The notes under the pieces were generated by a model. It was given only the letters and a program-made list of their open reading frames with translations. It was not told where the DNA came from and did not search any database. DNA of 64,000 nucleotides, from positions 8,599,408 to 8,663,407 of the forward strand of contig CAVNZM010000009.1 in assembly GCA_963693365.1 (NCBI GenBank), in the 5' to 3' direction. The DNA is from Amoebidium appalachense (Eukaryota > Protista > Ichthyosporea). Of the stretch, positions 1-16,834 are shown in pieces. A program made the position numbers and the translations under genes. Positions within the stretch are counted from its first letter, which is position 1. Each line of letters starts with the position of its first letter.

Positions 1-303
1 AGCCTGAGGTTGTCTTCTTCTCCATCATCAGTCTGAGGGAATGGGGTCCCTACATCCTCCCCCTCCACCGCCTCCAACAGCTCCTCCAAAGAAACATCGG
101 GGGCCTCGTCTTCCACAATTAAATTGGCCCCCCTCTCCTCCTCCAGACCCATGACGATGGTCCTACGCAAATCCAGGGCATCCCAACGCCGTACCTTGGT
201 TGCTACCTGAGAAAGCAGAAAGCAACAGAACGTGTGCGAGAATGTGGGACCTATACACACAGTACATACACACAACGCCTGAGGGGACTAAAAAGGATTC
301 ATA

Positions 304-1630
<1,327 letters not shown>

Positions 1631-1889
1631 TACCTGCAACATGAACGTACGGTTCTTGTTTGTCATACGATATGGTAGCTTGCAGTAATGCTTGTGTGCC
1701 CGTTCATAGCCCTCAACTGTCTCTACAGGACCAAAAAGGCGGGTATCGTCACTGCAATGGTCCCCGGTATGGAATTTGCTTGACTTGAGGTCGTTCTCAG
1801 ATGAACAATGAAAGCAGTCGTACGCAGACTTGGCCATACTGCCGGGGGGGGGGGGGGGGGGAGAGAGAGAGAGAGAGAGCCCCAGGGGG

Positions 1890-2646
<757 letters not shown>

Positions 2647-3214
2647 GAAGAAACGTGAGGTCGGAAACGGTGCTGCTGAAGTGACGAAAGCTGCTATAAC
2701 GTGGCATGTTGTTGAATCGACGGTCAAACTCCCGTATGACGTCCTTTGCAGCGGTGTCTGCTGCTAGGCCCACCGTTCATGTCCTCGCATACCTTCTTCA
2801 CTTACAGTTTATATTCAATTAGGAGCTGGTTAAATACACCACTGTCTGCCTGGTGCATACGTTCGATTGGGACACCCCATATCCACAGAAAGCCTGGGAA
2901 CCCCGGGCACGCATTCTCCCAGAAGTGCTGCATGGAAGCCATCTTGAGTAACTGTGTAGCTGCTGCTTTGTCCCCGGGAACACCGCTAGCCCTCAAGCCG
3001 AGGACTGCATCCCGCAGCGCCTTCTCCGCTTGCTCGTGGTGCAGTGCAGCGGGCTCCCAAACCTTGGACAGGTTAGTGCACGACACTCTGCATTTGTTGC
3101 ACGGACACGCAGTTGTAACCGCGCCCCTGCGCGTAGAAGTTGTATCCGGTGTCTACCTTGTACATGTGCAAACGCACGTGCTCGTTGGGGGTCGGACACA
3201 CACGTACCTGGTCA

Positions 3215-3263
<49 letters not shown>

Positions 3264-3268
3264 ACACG

Positions 3269-3316
<48 letters not shown>

Positions 3317-3333
3317 CGCACACACATGCACAT

Positions 3334-3402
<69 letters not shown>

Positions 3403-3413
3403 GGGGGGGGGGG

Positions 3414-4235
3414 ACCACAAAACCCCACCAAGCCCCCCCACTTTCCCCACCCGCCGGGTGGGAAAGTGGGGGGGCTTGGTGGGGTTTTGTGGTACACGGC
3501 TAAAAATTGGTGCACACGTTCCTAGCACCCATATGCTACTTTGTACCAAGTGTCAACTGCTACTTGCACGTGGAACACGTGTTATTCATTATTTGGTGGT
3601 GCCCTGAGTAGTTGATGTTGCACATGTAGGAAAAATAACATTCGCGGGTGTAAACGTCGGGGGGGGGGGTTTTGGTATTTTGGCTGCAGCCCTGTAACTT
3701 GGCCCACACCTCCCTAGTACCTATATGCTGCAATTCCCAAAAGATGGATGCTCCCAGGCCATTGGTTCGTGGGTGGTAACAAAAGTGCACCTAGCCATAT
3801 GAAGGCACATATAGGAAAAACGTACCCGCCGGGTGGGAAAGTGGGGGGGCTTGATGGGGTTTTGTGGTGTACGGCTAAAACTCGGTGCACACGTTCCTAG
3901 CACCCATTTCCTACTTTGTACCAAGTTTCAACTGCTACTTGCTCGTGGAACACGTTATATTCATTATTTGGTGGTGCCCTGAGTAGTTGAAGTTGCACAT
4001 GTGGAAAAAAAACATTTACGGATGTAAATGTAGGGATTTTTTTTTTGGTATTTTGGATGCAGCCCTGTAACTTGGCCCACACCTCCCTAGTACCTATATG
4101 CTGCTATTCCCAAAAGATGGATGCTCCCAGGCCATTGGTTCGTGGGTGGCAACAAAAATGCACCTAGCCACATGAGTGCATATATAAGGAAGAACGCACC
4201 CGCCGGGTGGAAATGCAGGGGGGCTTGATGGGGAA
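3414..4235. repeat. ~80-bp near-perfect hairpin (3414-3493) followed by a ~374-bp tandem repeat (about 2.1 copies)
   Basis: ACCACAAAACCCCACCAAGCCCCCCCACTTTCCCCACCCG pairs with CGGGTGGGAAAGTGGGGGGGCTTGGTGGGGTTTTGTGGT. The unit start CCCGCCGGGTGG occurs at ~3450, ~3826 and ~4199. Confidence 0.85.
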
Positions 4236-4288
4236 ATACAAACCGTAACACAAGCACAACACTGTGACACCCACCTGACGTGTGTGAC

Positions 4289-4418
<130 letters not shown>

Positions 4419-4437
4419 GGGGGGGGGGGGGGGGGGG

Positions 4438-5294
<857 letters not shown>

Positions 5295-5296
5295 TT

Positions 5297-5335
<39 letters not shown>

Positions 5336-7133
5336 TGTGCACAGATATCATGATATATGTATTTAAATTATATGTATATTCATATATATAAATATATATA
5401 AATATACTATATATACATATTTATATATATTTATATATCTATATTCTATAATATAAATATATTACAACTTTGATGTATGTAAAACGCATGGAGGGATTAT
5501 CGGCTTGACTCATCGGATTCGAACCACCATGCTTGTCCTGCTGTGTGATTGGTGTTTTGTAATCTGATTAATGATAATCAGATTGAACCGATTTTTGTTC
5601 GGCTGTGTGATTGGTATTCATTAGTCACATTATGGATAATCCGATTATGCTCCTGTTTCTTGATTGGTCTTCTCCAATCATTAATGATTGTCCGTTATGA
5701 CTGTTTTTTTCCCACCCTTCGGAGGTCAGTTTTCACTTGCACTTCCGCTGTTCAAGAAGTCTGAGCTGTAACTCCATTCAGTTGCACCCGTGGCTTGTAA
5801 GCTTTTTTTTTTTTTTGTAACTAGACGATGTTTTCAGAGCTACAGGCTGTGCAGGTTAGTACAGATGCTTATGCGACTGTTGCGTCTACCTGTTTGCTGA
5901 AGGACTGGGCTTCTGTGCAACTATTCTTGCTTTTCTTCCTTGCTGTAGCCCTCCTTTCTTCTTGGTCTTTCCTGCCGCAACTGGTGCATGCTGTCGCAGT
6001 TTTACTTTCTGTCACACTGCAGCTTTTTTGTGCCCTCTGTGCTCACATCTGCATAACAGGATGATACTTTCAAGAGTTATTTTCACCTTTGCTCTCCTCT
6101 TTCACATGCAGGGCACCATCCTCTCTGACAGAGGCTAACGGCCACTTGCTTTTAGAATGACAGCTTCTAAACCGAGCAGCAAGGAGGTAGGTTTTTACTG
6201 CCTGGGTTATGCCCAGCTTGGGCTGGCACCTTTTGATGTTGGTTCTTGGCAATGCCGCTTTTTGTTAAAACGTTCGTGCAATAAAGAGCCCTAAGGGACC
6301 TTGCACTTATCGTTTATGGTATAGTGGTTGAGCTCTTCTGTAGGTCAGCCTGTCAGCAGTTTTAGTTTTGTGCAGGTAAACACAGGGCAAAAAGCGCGCA
6401 TTCTGCATCATTGTGTGCCAAGCCATGTTTTCGGCAGTTTCTACATTTTGCTTCATCCGTCTGTAACTCCCTTAGAAGCTACATTGCTTCCTGACATGAA
6501 GTCTCTTAGTTCATACGGGCTGGTGCATACAAAACTTCTCGGCAACCATTGTTGGAAGGTTGTACCCTCCTTTGTTTCATTGTTTTAACAAATGTGTGCC
6601 GTCCTTATTGCCTAGCATGTGTAGTGGGGCACCCATCTATCATGACATGTGCACGTTTGACTTTTTACCTGTGTGATAAGGTCTGTTAGCGCCCACTCCT
6701 ACACGTTGCACGCAACGTACCCCACTGACACATACGAGGTTAGTCGGTAACCACTTGCTTGCATCGAAAGTTTAGAGTGCTGCTGTAGGTATGACAAGAT
6801 TCTGTCCTTTTGATGTTTTCGTGTTAAACCTCATGGGCGTTTTGTCCCCCCCCCCCCCCCCCCCCGGCCAAAAAAAAAAAAAAAAACTTTTCAGCTATAA
6901 CATAATGGACCAGGTTATTCCCCTTATTTCCTGTTTCAAACTGCCTCTCACATTTCCTCCTTCTCACTGGTCACGCTTCACTTTCCCCGTGCAGGTGGGA
7001 GATGGTGCACTCGGGTGAGTCTTCTAGCAAGCAGCAGCAGCGCACATGGCTGACCGCAAGATTGTTCGGTGCTGGTACATGACTGCCAACATCGACATTC
7101 CGACATAACCAATTCCACGACACTGGTACCCCC

Positions 7134-7164
<31 letters not shown>

Positions 7165-8059
7165 AAAAAAAAAGAAAAAGAAAAGAAAACACACACACAC
7201 ACACAGACACACAGACACACACAGCTTCCCAAAGGCTTGCCTTAAGTTCTATCATAAACTAATTTGCTGTTTGCTGATCTCTCTTCCCACTCACTTGGTT
7301 ACTTTGGTGAATCGTGTTCTGTGTGTGTGGGTGGTAGTGTGCATCAGTGTGTGTGTGTGTGTGCTATATATATGTATAAACATTGTGTATATATGTCGTT
7401 GATCACCATCCCCCCCCCCCCTCCCAAAAAAAAAACAAAAAAAAAACGCCTGTTCTCCCACCTCTCCATTCCCCCCCATCTCTCTGTATGTGCGCACATG
7501 TAGGTGTGGGCCCGGGTGTGTATGCACAATAATGTATTTTGGTTCTCAATGTATCCCTTAGTAGTCGTTATACTTGTAAAGGGTTACGTCGAGGCTTCCA
7601 GCAACCATATCCTATACAAATTGCACTAGGGGAGGGAATGACATGTACTAACCCTCCCCCCTCCCCCCCCCCCCCCCCACGCGGGAGCAGCTCGAGGACA
7701 TGCGTGTTGACGGAGTGCCATGTGATTGACCCACCACCCAGTAACGACCCTGAGGACGTCAGCAGCCACAGCCACAGCGAGGAACAAGAATCAGTGCCAC
7801 AAGAGAGTCTGCGGGGAATAAGGCGACGAGCAAAGATTGGAGTACTAGTAGTTGTCATTGTATTATGGTTAGAAATCAAGTAAATAAGCAATTATTCTTG
7901 TAGAAGTTATAAATGCGCATGTTGATACGATAGAAAATGTAGAAGTTTGGAAGTTGGATAATAGCGTTTGTGTCACATGCTCCTGGGGAGCAGGAGCATG
8001 ACTAATTAAAAAAAAACCTTAAGTGTGCAGCCGTCATTGAACATGTGTCACCATCCCAA

Positions 8060-8095
<36 letters not shown>

Positions 8096-8103
8096 GTGGG
8101 GAA

Positions 8104-8134
<31 letters not shown>

Positions 8135-8816
8135 GTGGGGAACCGGGGGGGGGGGGGGGGGGAGGTGAATAGATAGAGAGATATCCATATAGACATCATT
8201 TATATATTCAGATACCTATATAGGTATATATAGAAGTGGTATACAATCAATATCATTTCTAATATAGAATACATATTCAGCTAATAAATTCTGAATATGT
8301 GTTATGCGCATATAGAATGTCATGACTGATGTCTCATCGTCCCATAATAGATACGTATTATATGCTAATTGTATGTCTATCTACATATGTATTGCCATAT
8401 CTAGCTGATATCCAGATGTGGTTCGAAACCTGAGCTGTATATCCATTCGATCTCATTTGTGCACATTTTAAGCATGTTACATATATATAGTGCATATCAC
8501 ATTGGATATAATATTGGGCAGGTTACCTGTCACTGGGTCCCTTCGTCACATATCCATTATATATGTTGTGCATGTGTATTTGCATATCTAGTGTTCGATA
8601 TCCACTGGATATCACGTTTCCCGTGGATATCTAGTGGATCCCTATCAGTAGTTATCCAATGGATATCAGGGTTTTAACAGATATCTATATACATATTACC
8701 CGTAGATATCCAAGATTAATATCCATTTATATTTACATATCTTAAACCCATGAACTGGATGTAGGGTTATGTTCAGGATGGGTTTGAGTATATGGATATC
8801 TTCAATGTATCTTTTA

Positions 8817-9272
8817 TGTGTTCCGGATGTTTCGGCAAGGAGGGGGGAGCTCCAGAATGCTCGAGAGCGTGTCAAAGAGGCAAAGGCGGCTGAAGATGAA
8901 ATGGCGGAGGCCTTGGCCCTTGCTGCTGTGGGTGCAGCCCAAAACACCATAAAAAGCATCCGAAGGAAGATTCTGCGACGGGAGAAGAACTTGAAGGCAT
9001 ACACAGGTGGTAATGAGTCTGTCTCCTCACCTGCCTCACCCGCCAAACGCGTCCATGATCAATGTGATTGGGACTCAGATGATGCGTTCAACCCCAGGCG
9101 GCTCAAACGACGGGCAAATCAGGTACTCGATGATATGACAGATGACGAATCTGTGTCTGATCGTGAGTCGGTCATGTATGACCGCAAGCCTGAACCCAAA
9201 CATAAACAAACTGAAGAAATTCCCCTCATTGATCTTGACCAGGAAGATTTTGACCAAGATGAGATGGACTGA
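8817..9272 (+). CDS. Probable terminal exon or fragment of an unknown protein (coiled coil, basic NLS-like patches, acidic tail)
   Basis: Open frame with protein-like composition (ELQNARERVKEAKAAEDEMAEAL...RRLKRR...DLDQEDFDQDEMD*) in an AT-rich context; 5' boundary uncertain. Confidence 0.4.
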   Translation, partial: CVPDVSARRGELQNARERVKEAKAAEDEMAEALALAAVGAAQNTIKSIRRKILRREKNLKAYTGGNESVSSPASPAKRVHDQCDWDSDDAFNPRRLKRRANQVLDDMTDDESVSDRESVMYDRKPEPKHKQTEEIPLIDLDQEDFDQDEMD

Positions 9273-9718
9273 TTTGATTGGTCGACTAAGTGGCATTCTC
9301 TTTTGATTTGTATTTGAATTGATCGGTCTTGATTTAATTTGTTTCTTTTCTCTTTTAGTTTGTATTTTAAAATACTCGGTCCAAGTTGACTTGTTCTTTG
9401 TAATCTGACTAGACTATCATGTACGTACTTAGTCTTTTTCTATACAATCACTTGTGTTCATATTAAAGGATTCTGTGTACGTGGACCACGGAAACATACA
9501 CCATTTTTTGCAGTGCTTCATGCTATAAAATAACCATGAGAGACACAAACAAATACACTAAGTGTGTACACGTCTACCCATAGGCCCAAGTGTTTACATG
9601 TCTGCCCACAGTTCCCTAAGGCTTAAAGCACACATCTGCCTGTATGCCATAAACTTTACTTTCACCACAAGACACCCACCTAAGTACACGTCTGCACAGC
9701 CCCACCATCAGCAAACTT

Positions 9719-10016
9719 CCCGGAAGTATTGCCAACGTATTTTTTGCTATTGGAGCTATTGGCGATATTGGCAATAGAACCCCTTGCCGCCAATAGGAAC
9801 GCCATATTGCAATAATATTGCTTTGGTATTGTCAATGGTAATACAGTACCAATACCCTCTATTGTCGCCCCGCTGATATGAATGTATTATCCAGTATATG
9901 TTACATCAATATCGCCAATACATTAGAGTGCCATTACATTACCATTGCATTACTATTGCGCTAGCATTATAGACGTATTGCCAATATCAATTATACCCGG
10001 GCGATATTACAATAAC
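9719..10016. repeat. Dense TATTG/CAATA motif array, possibly the subterminal repeats of a CMC-type DNA transposon end
   Basis: More than 15 TATTG/CAATA words in both orientations after CCCGG at 9719, ending where the YR element starts. Confidence 0.45.
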
Positions 10017-11243
10017 GGTTTTATTTGTGGAGTTTTATTGACATAAATATTTTTCTGGGTAAACACGTAGGATGGGTGTCCGATATCAACATAACCATGT
10101 AGGCTTCGTTTCGTGTGTTAGCAGCTCGCGTTCGGCTGCCCGCATACGGGCACCTATTAGCCGATCAAAACATCAGATTCCACAGATCACTAGACCGAGT
10201 TTGATTGGCTCAAGATCAGGTTTTAACATAACACTAGATCGATTTTGATTGGCTCAGATCGGGAGCCTTAGGTATATAAGCACGACAGTTTTTAGCAGAT
10301 CAGCAAGCAACAGACACACTTCTGTGTTTAGCACCTACAGCTTTACAGCTATATTTTCTTTTCCTTCTCCCTATCTTTCCCTACGCCGGTCAGCATGCCG
10401 CCGAAAAAGCGCCAGACCTCAGCCGCCGCCCCTGCCGCGGCACCTAAGCGCCTGACCTGCAGCGACCTCCGCCACAGGCTGACCAACGCTCCCGCGGGCA
10501 CTGACGCGCCTCCAGCGGCCCATACCACCACGGACCCTCCGGCTACTCTCCCCTCTACTCCTGAAGTCCCTCCTCAGGCCCCACCATCCCCGCCGATGAC
10601 TTCTCAAGACGCCGTCCTTGCCGCCCTCACCGCCATCAGCACCCAGATGGCTGGCGTCCTGGCCGCTCTCACTAACCGCGACCCTCCCGCGCCCCCCGCC
10701 GCGCCCTCCGCACCCGGGGAGGTTTCCCTGGGGCTGCATCTCGGCCCTGACCTGGACCTACCTGCCCTGCCCGCGCCCCCCATTACAGGTGAGAACACTG
10801 GCGACATTCAACCGGGCACACTCCCGCTTCCCCCCGCGGATGTGCTGGCAGATTTGCGCGCCAATCGTTTCGTCGACCTGTATAAGTTCACCCCCGCCGC
10901 CCTCCTGGCCCCATCCAAGAAAGGTCAGCATCTGCGCATGGCCGACGACGGCAGCATCGAGACTTTTCGCCAAGACAAACCCGTTCCCCTGCGTTCACTC
11001 GTCATTTGGATCCAAGCTTGGACCCATTACATGGCCGCCAAGCACCACCTCGGCCTCCCCACGGACAAAGACGTACTTTGGAATCAGCACATCACTCGCC
11101 TCAGCACCCGATACCCGTGGGCCCAGATCCACAACTATGACGTATACGCCCGAACCGTTGCCCACCAACAGGGTCGGGCTCCGATCGAGTGTCCCAACCT
11201 GCTCGCCCAACTCCACCAGGATCTCCTCCTGCCACCCACTCTG
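10017..11243 (+). mobile_element. Ngaro/DIRS-type YR retroelement copy 1, 5' part (repeat A 10017-~10360 plus partial gag), truncated by a Copia LTR
   Basis: 10017-10360 matches the reverse complement of 63195-63541. Two TTGATTGGCTC boxes and GGTATATAAG at 10271. The gag is nearly identical to that of copy 2. Confidence 0.85.
10395..11243 (+). pseudogene. gag: Gag-like ORF1 of the YR retroelement, truncated before its zinc fingers
   Basis: MPPKKRQ...FVDLYKF...WIQAWTHY...YPWAQIHNYDVYAR is typical of DIRS/Ngaro ORF1; it reads into the Copia LTR at 11244. Confidence 0.8.
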
Positions 11244-11951
11244 TGTTATTTTGTGTGGGTAAACGGAGAAGCAGAGAGCACAGATGGGTGTTAAGTAAAA
11301 CACAACACAAAGACACACGGGAAAAACACAACCGGAGAGGAGGAACGATTTCTGGAACCATAGGAAGTGAATACGACTGCTTGTGATTTATTTCAAGATG
11401 AGGTCCCTTTTATACTTGGGAATGTGAAACGATAAACCAAACAAAAGGACGAAAACTATGAGTGTAAAATATATCGATTAAAATGTCTGTCGACACATAG
11501 AATATAAAACTCAATCCTCTAATGAAAGAAACTTCTAATAAAAGCACGGAAACATTTAACAAAATGAAACCACTTATGTAACTATTAATTCATAACATAT
11601 ATTTATACATGTTCTTATCATAACACGTCTAAATATAATTATTCCTAATAGTTGAAGAACATAGCACAATGCTACGTCGTGGGAAAGGAATGAGAAAGGA
11701 ATGTAAGTTACTATATTTGGGAAAATACAAACGAGATATGATTGGATGACATATATAGATTTTGACGCAAACGACAATACGTGTGCGCGAGCTAAGTATG
11801 TCGATACGTACACAGATCTAAGATGTCGTGTACACGGAAACGGAAAAGAAAGAAAGAAATGAAGAAAGGAAAAGGAAACAAACTACAACAACTAATAAAT
11901 AAATACCAAACTCAACTTCTAAGTCTTGCTGAGAATTAAGTGAAGATGACA
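11244..11951 (-). repeat. Copia LTR (708 bp)
   Basis: TGTTATTTTG...GATGACA; nearly identical to 23049-23756. Confidence 0.95.
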
Positions 11952-12470
11952 TCCCCACTCAAGGGTTGGAAGTTGGGTTCTCGTGAAGTTTGTTGATGTG
12001 ACTGTTGATGTTAAGACTTTCACACATGTAGAAGTAGGTGCCGTGAAGTCACAGTCAAGTTTCCCCACTCGAGAAGACAATGGAGAAGACTTGAAGGTGC
12101 AAGCCGGGGAAGAAAACCAAAACGGAAGAAGCACACAACGACGGTTGCCTCTGAAGACTCGGAAGATGACGGTAGCCAATGACGTGATATATAAATATAT
12201 ATAGAAGAAACAACTAGTGTATGTGTGACGTGTTGGTGGCTAATGATAAATACATTATATATATGGTGGTATATAAATAAACGACGGATGGTGGAGAAGA
12301 AATCCCCACTGAAGATGCACACACTGAAGATCGATGAAGACAGCAGTAGACTTTCGTTGGGAGGTGTCTCTACACGGTGATGTGTAGACCACTGGCCAGG
12401 GCCCCAACCTACTTGAAGACCACTGTAGATGAACCGGGGGGGGGGGGGGGGGGGAGGGGGGGGGGCACAC

Positions 12471-15400
12471 TCAGTCACGAAGACTGAGTGAATCACGGTG
12501 CTGCTCGTGGGAGGGCCCGGGCAGGGGCTTGGTGAAGATGTCAGCCACGTTGTCTTTGCTGGACACGTAGGTGACGACCACATCCCCACTCTTGATGTAG
12601 TCCTTCGTGTTGTGGTAACGGACTGCAATGTGTTTGGTCCGGTGCTTGATGCTGTTGGTGTGCAGGAGGGCAATGGTGGACTGGTTGTCACAGTAGACGG
12701 GGGTGGGGTCGGTCATCGGGTAGCCGAGTTCACGGAGGAGATCACGGTGCCAGATGACGTTTTGAACAGCAGCATTGATGGCCAGAAGCTCAGCCTCGGT
12801 GGTGGATGTTGCCGTGATGGACTGCAGCTTCGAATACCATGTGATGGGTATGCCCTTGAAGAAGATGACGTATCCGGTGGTTGAACGACGGGTGTTGGGG
12901 CAGTTGGCAAAGTCAGCATCAGAATAACACTCCAGCAAGGGGGTGTTGTCGTCGGAAGCAGACTTGTCGTAGTGAAGGCCGAGGTTGGAAGTGCCGATGA
13001 GGTACCGAACTACACGGAGTAGACATTCCCATGCAAGTTTGGTGGGGTTGGCACTGAATCTACCGAGGTAGCCGATGGCAAAGGAGATGTCGGGCCGGGA
13101 ACAACGAGCAACCCACAAAAGACGGCCGAGTAGTTCACGGTAGGGAACCTTGATGGGTGGTGAGTCGTTCTCGTTGATGGTGATGACGGTGCCGACGGGA
13201 ATGGGAGTAGCCTTGGGGTGAGCATCGTTGAGGTTGAAGTCTCTGACGATGTCGTTGATGTAGGATTGCTGAAGCAGCTTGAGGTGACCGGGGGTGTGGA
13301 TGAGCTGGGTGCCAAGGAAGATGTCGGGAAGGTCAACCTTGCAGAGAGCTGACTTCATGATGTGGTCTACTAGATCCTTGGTGTGGGAGGAGTTGGCCGT
13401 GCAGATGATGATGACGTCGTCCACATAGTTGCCAGTGAGGATGATGTCACCGTTGGGGAAGGTCTTGATGTAGACACATGGATCTGAACGGAGACGTTCG
13501 AGACCGTGAGCAAGGAGGACCTTGTCGAAGTACTCATACCAGGCCAGTGATGCTTGCTTGAGCCCGTAGAGTGCCTTCTTAAGTTTCCAGACCTTGTGTT
13601 CGTTGCCGGGGGTGATGAAGCCAGGTGGTGGCTCAATGTAGATGTCTTCTTGAAGAGGACTGTTGAGGAAGGCAGTTGAGACGTCGAGTTGATGAATCTC
13701 ATGGTTGCCGTCCACACCGATGGCAAGGAGGGCACGGACGGAGGAGGACATCACCACGGGGGAAGAGGTGTCACCGTAGTCAACACCGTAGACTTGAGTG
13801 AAGCCCTTTGCAACACCACGAGCTTTGATCTTGGTGTCACCGGCTGAGTTGAGGACTTTCTCAGTCACAATCCACTTGAACTTGATGATGTTGGCACCAG
13901 GGGGGGGATCAACAATGGTGAAGACATCCTTGGTGATGAAGGCTTAGTACTCGGAGGTGAGGGCAGCTATGACGGCATCACCGTTGGGACCGTTGCAAAG
14001 CTTTTGAATGCCCTTGGGGAGCTGGTCAATGTTGATGGTCGGTGCTACGATGCTGACCAGTGCCGTTGGAGTCTTGGTGAGACGTGTAGACCGACGAAGG
14101 TTGGGCTTGGGGGGGTCCTTGAGGGGGGTGGTGGCCGGGTAGGTGGTGGAGGCCGGGATAGGGGCATGGAAGCCAGGAATAGGACCGGTGGTGAGGGGGG
14201 CATCGGTGTCCACAGGGCTGCTCGTGGCCGAGTGGAAGGTGGGGGACCCAGGACGAACCGGAGTCATGTAGCCGGGTTGATGCACAGCAACGGGGGGGGC
14301 CGGCAGCAAGGGTTGTTGGCCAGTGGGGGGGGGGCTCGGGGGAGGCACGGGTTCAACCGGGGCTGGTTGGTTGTGCCAGGACGGTTGGGAGATGACCACA
14401 GACGGAGTTTCATCGTCGTCGTCGGAGGGGGGGTCCAATGTCGGCAGATCGGGTTTGGGGGGAACGGAGACCTGATTGGTGCTGCCCGTGAATTTCGACT
14501 CGTCGAAGATCACATCACGGCAGATCTTGATTTGGTTGCTGGCATGGTCGAGGATCTTGTGTGCCTTGGAGGGTAGGTCCCAGCCGACGTAGGTGCCGAC
14601 TCTGACGGTTGATGCCAGCTTGTTCCTCTTTGACCGGGGAACATGCACATAGGCAGGGGAGCCGAACACGTGGAGCTGGGAGACGTCGGGTTTGAAGCCG
14701 TGGAAAGCCTCGAAGGGAGTGTTGCCGTTGGCAGCAGATGACGGTGTGACGTTGATGATGTAGCTTGTATGCTTGAGAGCAGCAACCCACAACTTGGGAG
14801 AGAGAGGTTGGTCCTTGTCGGCATGGAGGAAGCAACGGACTGTCTCTTGCAGTTCTCTCATCTTCCGTTCAACAACACCATTGTGTTGTGGTGTGTCGAC
14901 GGGGGCAAACTCCATGATGATGCCTTTCTGCTTGCAGTAGGCCTCGGTGTCCTTGGAGGTGAACTCAGAGCCGGAGTCAAACCGAAGATGGGTGACGATC
15001 TCAGGTGTCTGACGTTCGATGGTTTCAACGAGAGACTGAATGTGGCTGAGGGTTTCACCACGGTTGTAAAGGGGGAACACGGTGGTGTAACCGGTGGCAT
15101 CACAAACACACACCAGAGCAACCTTGTAGCCTCCGTAGGAAGCACAGGGAGCTTCGAAGAAGTCCAGGTGCCACTTAGCACCGGGAATGGTGAACTTGGA
15201 ACGGGTGCCGGGAAAGGGGGCCTTGGTGGTCTTGCCAGACATGCAGCCGAAGCAGTCACTGTTGTCGGGTGACTTGAAGGAGGGGGCATGCCGATGACAA
15301 GCTCATCCTTGGCCATCCTGGTGACGGTGGAGAGGGCACGGTGGCCGAGACGGTTGTGCCAAAGGGTGAGGTCGTCGGGTGGTTGAGTCCTTGCTGTGTA

Positions 15401-16834
15401 GGCTTGGACCCCCGGGTGTTTAGGAGTCTCAATCACATAGTCAGTGATGTAGTAGAGACCGTCGAGGGGGGTGAGATCTGTAATAATGTCACCATTACGG
15501 CTGTAGAGGAACGACGGGTGGTTGTCTGTATCGTCACAATGACCTAGGAGGCCGGCAGCTGATGCCATGGAGGTAGACACGAGGAAAGACGGTGCCTCGG
15601 GTACGTAGTAAGCATTGATGCTGCACGGTGTTGGGTGGCCGTTGTAGTGCAGTGTTATGTTGATGATGCCACGTTGTTTGGCATTGACTGTGCCGAGGCC
15701 GTGAATGGGGGTGGGAGGACACGGGGTAAGGGAGGAGAAATACTCCTTGATGGGGCAGATGTGTGCATTACAAGCACTGTCCCAGACGGGGTCGTTACTG
15801 TCAGGTGTGCCGGTGGAGGAGATGAGTGCAAATTTCACACTCTTGTCACCTTTCTCCTGCTTGGCACGACGAGCAACTGTGCAGCCAGGCTCCGGGCATG
15901 CTGTGATGTGGTGGGGCTCATGGCAGTAGGAACACTTCACACTGTTGGTGTTGTGCTGTCGGTTACGGTTGTCCCTGTTACCACGGTGGTAAGGGGAAGT
16001 TGAACGGGGGCCGGGTGACTTGGAGGGAGGACGAGGATCACGGGAACGGGACGGGGAACGGTGAGGTGTATGCTCACGTCGAGGAATACGGTTACGGAGG
16101 TCACCGGGGGGAAGCACTCTGCTCTGGAGTGCACGGAGGGGACGGTTGTTGACGGTTGCACCTGTGCCTGCGTCGATGAGGCCGGCACGGATTTCAGCTC
16201 CTCGGATGTCACTGATGAGCATGTTGAAGGACGGGTAGGCCTTGTTGTTCATCCAGTAGTCGGAGCAGAGACGTTCAATGTCGGGGCAGACCAGGGCTGT
16301 GTTCTTCCGGATGTGGAGGAAGAACTTACGTACGACATCCTTGTGCTGGACGGGTTCGTCGAGGCAGGCAAGTGTCGTAGCCAGACGTTGGAGACGGGTG
16401 AGGTATGCTGTGACGTTGGGGTAGTCTCGTAGTTCAAGCTCCTCGAAGGTGACTTGAATCTGGGTGACTCGGGCCTCCTTCTCTGCTACATACGCCATAC
16501 GTAGGTTGTGGAAGACTTCACCACCGTGGACACCGTCTTGCATCCGGCCGGAGTCGTAGAGCTCGGTCGGGTGGACGGACTGGTTGAGGATCTGGTCGAG
16601 GACGTCGGAAGCTTTCTTGTAGGAGTCCTTGGTGGTGTAGCCTAGCCACTGGTTGGCTTCAGCGCCGTCAACCCACTGTGGCCTCTTGATAGCGTCAACG
16701 AATTTCTCGGCAATGGTGGTTCTAATGAACCGGTGAATGAGTGGCTCCCACTCGAAATAATTAAGACGTTTCTCGTCTCGTTTCTCGGACGGATTCCATA
16801 TTGGAAGGTTGATATACGACGGTTTGTCAGTCAT
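12471..16834 (-). pseudogene. gag-pol: Copia gag-pol copy 1 (frameshift ~15280, nonsense codon at 13944)
   Basis: CSYCHEPHHITAC knuckle, WDSAC protease, WHNRLGH/HLDF/RFDSGSEF/NGVVERKMR integrase, YVDD RT, SDADFA...ADIFTKPL RNase H; CAA->TAA relative to copy 2. Confidence 0.95.

Noticed and set aside
5540-7100. ATTGG-rich segment and short ORFs
   Set aside because: No recognisable domain, termini or TSD; a call cannot be supported.
11983-12204. Antisense ORF in the Copia 3' UTR
   Set aside because: The frame is altered in copy 3 and no motif is present; recurrence only reflects element duplication.
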